Of a DNA stretch of 45,481 bases, positions 42,058 through 45,481 are shown in pieces. The DNA is from Candidatus Hadarchaeota archaeon (GTDB lineage: Archaea; Hadarchaeota; Hadarchaeia; Hadarchaeales; Hadarchaeaceae): assembly GCA_040757795.1 (NCBI GenBank), contig JBFLWG010000002.1:1-45481 (forward strand), given 5' to 3'. Made by a program: the position numbers and the translations under genes. A model generated the notes under the pieces. The model was not told the origin of the DNA and made no database searches. It saw nothing but the letters and a program-made list of their open reading frames with translations. Each line of letters starts with the position of its first letter. Positions within the stretch are counted from its first letter, which is position 1.

Positions 42058-43478
42058 GCGATCGCCTCACCAAAGACGTTGTCAAGTCGCGTTATAAACT
42101 CGTCCACCTTATCTTTTGGGACCCTGCCGCCGGCCGAGACATCATGGCCTCCGCCGTAACCCCCGACATCCGTGCACGCTTTTTCGAGGGCCGCCCCCAT
42201 GTTGACCCCTTTCATCGCGAGGCCAGGGGTGCTCCTGGCGGATATTTTTATCATCCCTGTTTTTGTCTCCGCCAGCGCCATCACAGGGACATCCATCGAG
42301 ATCATGCCTGACTCTATCAGAAGTGAAATAGCCTCCCCGACCATCCCCGGGTTGACCTCGCTGCCGCTGTTGATGTACCTGAAATATTTAGTCTGCTTGA
42401 GGTATGCCAGTTTTCCCTTGAACCAATCAAGAGTTTTGAGCATCTCGTCCTGCACCGCTCTGAGAAGAGCCACCGCCTCCTCAAGCGCAGTTTCGTCTCC
42501 GGCGCCGACGGCCAGCCCAACCTCCGGCTTTTTCATGTTGCCGCAGGCGTCAAAAAGAGCCGCCTGCTCTCTGAGGTCCCTGGGGCCGACAACATCTCCT
42601 GTCATGACCGTGTAAATCGGCCCCCAGATGGTGTGCTGGAAATCCTCGTTCGCGGCGAGGGGACCCACGCGAGCGAAAATGGCGTCGGCGAGCGCTCGCT
42701 CATCATCAGGCTGAAGCTCGAATATCTTGCTGGAGAGATTTATGCCGATGGACTCGACGAGGGCGCGGCATGCCGCCAGGCTCTTTGACAGGCCGGGGAT
42801 GTAAGGTCTAGTGGAGGATCTGATGCATTCTGCCACCGGCAGGAAGGTCCTGCCCACGAGCCTTAGTCCCACACCCGCCTCTATGAGCCCGAGGTCCAAG
42901 GCCCTCTTCGCGATCACATCGTTGGCCCCCGTGAACTCTGAGAAGAACTCCTGCCTGTCCCCCACGGCTCCGACAAGGGCGAGCCCGGCCCAGGGCCTGA
43001 AGTGGATGTCCAGTGCATCCGCCACCAAGTAGGCGCCGCCGCTGGCGCTGACATCCTTGGCCCCATTCAGCCCGCAGAGGTGTGGGTTCAGCTGGGCAAG
43101 GTTCGGGTGCTCCTTTGATGTTGCCGGGTGGTGATCGATGATGACGGCCTCCGCCCCTTTTGAGAGGATTGACTTGTGTATGGCATCGAGCTGCCCGCTG
43201 CCTTGGTCGAGGAATATGAAAAGGTCCTGCGGGCTGACGGGGAGGGCCGCCATCTCCTCGCTGGAAAGAGGCTGGGTGAACCTGACGGTAAAAGGCACGT
43301 CAAAGGAGTAAAGGCACCGCGCCATCACGGAGGCCGCTGAAATGCCGTCGGCGTCAACGTGTGACATCACGGTGACGCGCCTTTTCCCATCTAGCCTCAG
43401 CTTCAAGAACTCCGCGACATCGGACGCCGCGCGCTGAAATATTTTTACTTCAGATCGTCCCACAGGTGACACCCGCAA
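42054..43478 (-). CDS. RecJ-like DHH/DHHA1 phosphoesterase (second, tandem paralogue)
   Basis: Motifs SHVDADGISA, IFLDQGS, IIDHH and GYGGGHDVSAGG. 474 aa. The stop overlaps the downstream paralogue's start by 4 nt. Confidence 0.75.
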   Translation of the reverse strand: MRVSPVGRSEVKIFQRAASDVAEFLKLRLDGKRRVTVMSHVDADGISAASVMARCLYSFDVPFTVRFTQPLSSEEMAALPVSPQDLFIFLDQGSGQLDAIHKSILSKGAEAVIIDHHPATSKEHPNLAQLNPHLCGLNGAKDVSASGGAYLVADALDIHFRPWAGLALVGAVGDRQEFFSEFTGANDVIAKRALDLGLIEAGVGLRLVGRTFLPVAECIRSSTRPYIPGLSKSLAACRALVESIGINLSSKIFELQPDDERALADAIFARVGPLAANEDFQHTIWGPIYTVMTGDVVGPRDLREQAALFDACGNMKKPEVGLAVGAGDETALEEAVALLRAVQDEMLKTLDWFKGKLAYLKQTKYFRYINSGSEVNPGMVGEAISLLIESGMISMDVPVMALAETKTGMIKISARSTPGLAMKGVNMGAALEKACTDVGGYGGGHDVSAGGRVPKDKVDEFITRLDNVFGEAIA

Positions 43479-43527
43479 CGGTGAATATCTCCAATCGGCA
43501 GGGTGCTTATTAACAGTTTTTGTGGCC

Positions 43528-43950
43528 CTAGCGCCTTATCAGCAGGGCCGCCCGCTCCCGGTCATACTTCCAGTCTGAAGGGAGAACACCCGCCTCCTTG
43601 TAGTGGCGGGCAAGGGAGTTTATCTTGGCCTCGGTTATCTCGACAGCCCGCCTCATCGTGAAATCCTTTGGGTGTTTCCCCATGTGCCCGTACATCTTCA
43701 CGGCGTGGGCGACGAGGCTGGCGAGATCCTCAGGCAGGGATTGTTTTATCCCGTAGGAACCCAAGATCTGGGTGATGTTCTTGCCTGTGAGCTTCTTCAC
43801 GCTCGGCACGGCATACTGGTCCCGCAGCGTGGCCCCTATCTTGCTGGGCGGCATCCCTTCCTTCCCCATCTTGACCACAAGCTCCTCCACCTCGGAAGGG
43901 GTAATCCCCGCCAGCTGTTTTTGCGGCTCTGCTTCCATGTGACACCTCAT
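43528..43950 (-). CDS. rps15: 30S ribosomal protein S15 (uS15 / S13e-type)
   Basis: LRDQYAVPSVKKLTGKNITQIL...LPEDL...KINSLARHYKEAGVLPSDWKY. The ATG overlaps the HAM1 stop (ATGA). Confidence 0.9.
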   Translation of the reverse strand: MRCHMEAEPQKQLAGITPSEVEELVVKMGKEGMPPSKIGATLRDQYAVPSVKKLTGKNITQILGSYGIKQSLPEDLASLVAHAVKMYGHMGKHPKDFTMRRAVEITEAKINSLARHYKEAGVLPSDWKYDRERAALLIRR

Positions 43951-44504
43951 TTACCTGTTTTGAACCACCTGATAAACTCTTCCACCGCCCGGGCCCTGTG
44001 TGAAAATTTGTTCTTCTCCGCCGTGGACATCTCGCCAAAAGTCAGATTTTCTCCTTCAGGCGAAAAGATGGGGTCGAAACCAAAGCCCTTGAGACCCCTT
44101 GGTGAAGTCGTTATCGTCCCCCTGACCTTCCCGCTGAACACCGATGTTTTCCCGCCGGGCGCGCAGTAGCCGACTGCCGAGCGAAACTCCGCCCCGCGGT
44201 CTGGCACGCCGTCGAGCAGCTTCAGAAGCCCTTGGTTGCCAATCGTCATGAAGGCGTACTTGGAGTAGGGACCCGGGAAGCCTTTTAGGGCGTCCACGAA
44301 AAGCCCCGCATCCTCCACGAAACACGGGGCCCTGAAGAGCGCCGAGGCCTGCTGCGCCCCCACCTGAACTATTTCCTCTAGGCTGTCAGACTGAATCTCG
44401 ATGTAGGGAATCTGGCTTCGCGTCACCTCGACGCCCTGCCTTGCAGCGATTTCCTGAACCTCCTCAAACTTGTGTGGGTTGCTTGTGACGAAGACCAGCG
44501 TCAT
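43947..44504 (-). CDS. Non-canonical purine NTP pyrophosphatase (HAM1/RdgB, dITP/XTPase)
   Basis: FVTSNPHKFEE...EDAGLFVDALKGFPGPYS...FGFDPIF. Confidence 0.9.
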   Translation of the reverse strand: MTLVFVTSNPHKFEEVQEIAARQGVEVTRSQIPYIEIQSDSLEEIVQVGAQQASALFRAPCFVEDAGLFVDALKGFPGPYSKYAFMTIGNQGLLKLLDGVPDRGAEFRSAVGYCAPGGKTSVFSGKVRGTITTSPRGLKGFGFDPIFSPEGENLTFGEMSTAEKNKFSHRARAVEEFIRWFKTGK

Positions 44505-45153
44505 GCCCTATCCTCCTTCCGCACGTATCTTCCCCGCCGCATTATATCCTCCGCCCTCTTGATCACTTCTTCAGCACCCCTCCCGAAGTCTTTCCTATAC
44601 CCGGATAAAACCGCGCGGTATGCCTCTTCAGTTATCCTGAAGTGTATGCTCTGGAGGGCCCGCCGCAGGAGGTGGAGGTCGACCCCCCGCGCCTCGGTGG
44701 ACCTGTCGTATTCCCCAAGCCCGAAGTCCACGAAGTAAATCTTCCCGTCCTTGGCCAAAATCATGTTTGATGTCGTCAGGTCGCCGTGCACCATCCCGGC
44801 CTGATGAAGCCTTGCCACCAGCCTGCCGATGGTCCTGCAGATGTTCCTTCTCTTCGCGGGGGCGGCGCTTTCCAGAGCCTTTTTCACCTGTGCGCCATCG
44901 ATGTACTCCATGACTATCTGTGTGCCATCCCTGTCAACCTCGTAAACGACCGGAGTCGGCACCCCGCCCCTCTTCGCGTCCGAAAGAAGCTTCGACTCCA
45001 GCGAGGTCCTCGAGCGCCGAAGCATGTGGTCTATCTCCTCGACGCGGTAGCGCTTCTGTATCCTGTGTTTCAAGACCACTTGACCCTGGCCGCCGCCGTG
45101 AAGGACGCGTGAGAAAGGCTCCAGGTAAAGATTTGCTTCGGCACCCTTTTTCA

Positions 45154-45163
<10 letters not shown>
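44501..45163 (-). CDS. bud32: KEOPS kinase/ATPase Bud32
   Basis: GAEANLY, VMEYIDG, HGDLTTSNMIL and DFGL motifs. 220 aa. Overlaps the kae1 3' end by 10 nt (separate frames, not fused). Confidence 0.9.

Positions 45164-45481
<318 letters not shown>

Overview
Archaeal chromosomal segment of about 45.5 kb. GC looks to be in the high 50s % (estimated by eye, not computed). Roughly 60 tightly packed genes, many with 1-4 nt start/stop overlaps, and almost all on the minus strand from 19.1 kb to the right edge. The content is mainly housekeeping. It includes the archaeal exosome/proteasome superoperon: L15e, a COG1325-like protein, Pop5, PsmA, SBDS, Rrp4, Rrp41, Rrp42, L37Ae, Pcc1 and prefoldin beta. 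Three aminoacyl-tRNA synthetases are present: archaeal ThrRS with its editing domain, SepRS, and a methanogen-type SerRS. There is a CoA cluster (pantoate kinase, CoaBC, archaeal PPAT) fused to proBA, a UDP-GlcNAc pair (GlmM, GlmU-like), and RadA, an Sm protein, endonuclease V, Taw1, Clp1 kinase, two tandem RecJ-like DHH proteins, HAM1, Bud32 and Kae1. No rRNA, CRISPR array, transposase or integrase was seen. The less ordinary items are listed here. (1) An operon of a small helical protein plus a stand-alone Csa3-like CARF-type protein, with no cas genes in the window. (2) A wHTH-AEP primase-polymerase whose motif II His is replaced by Gln, coupled to a Zn-ribbon gene. (3) A ParB/sulfiredoxin-fold gene translationally coupled to apgM, a candidate free-serine kinase in a SepRS-encoding genome. 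(4) A tRNA-like gene with several irregularities between glmM and glmU. (5) An apparent 1-nt frameshift in kae1. (6) thrS and rrp4, whose conserved N-termini lie upstream of any ATG/GTG/TTG, making CTG initiation a candidate. (7) A low-GC islet carrying a bacterial-PH-domain membrane protein. (8) A recurring intergenic CGTTTGACA motif. All family assignments are by eye from the translations; no searches were run.
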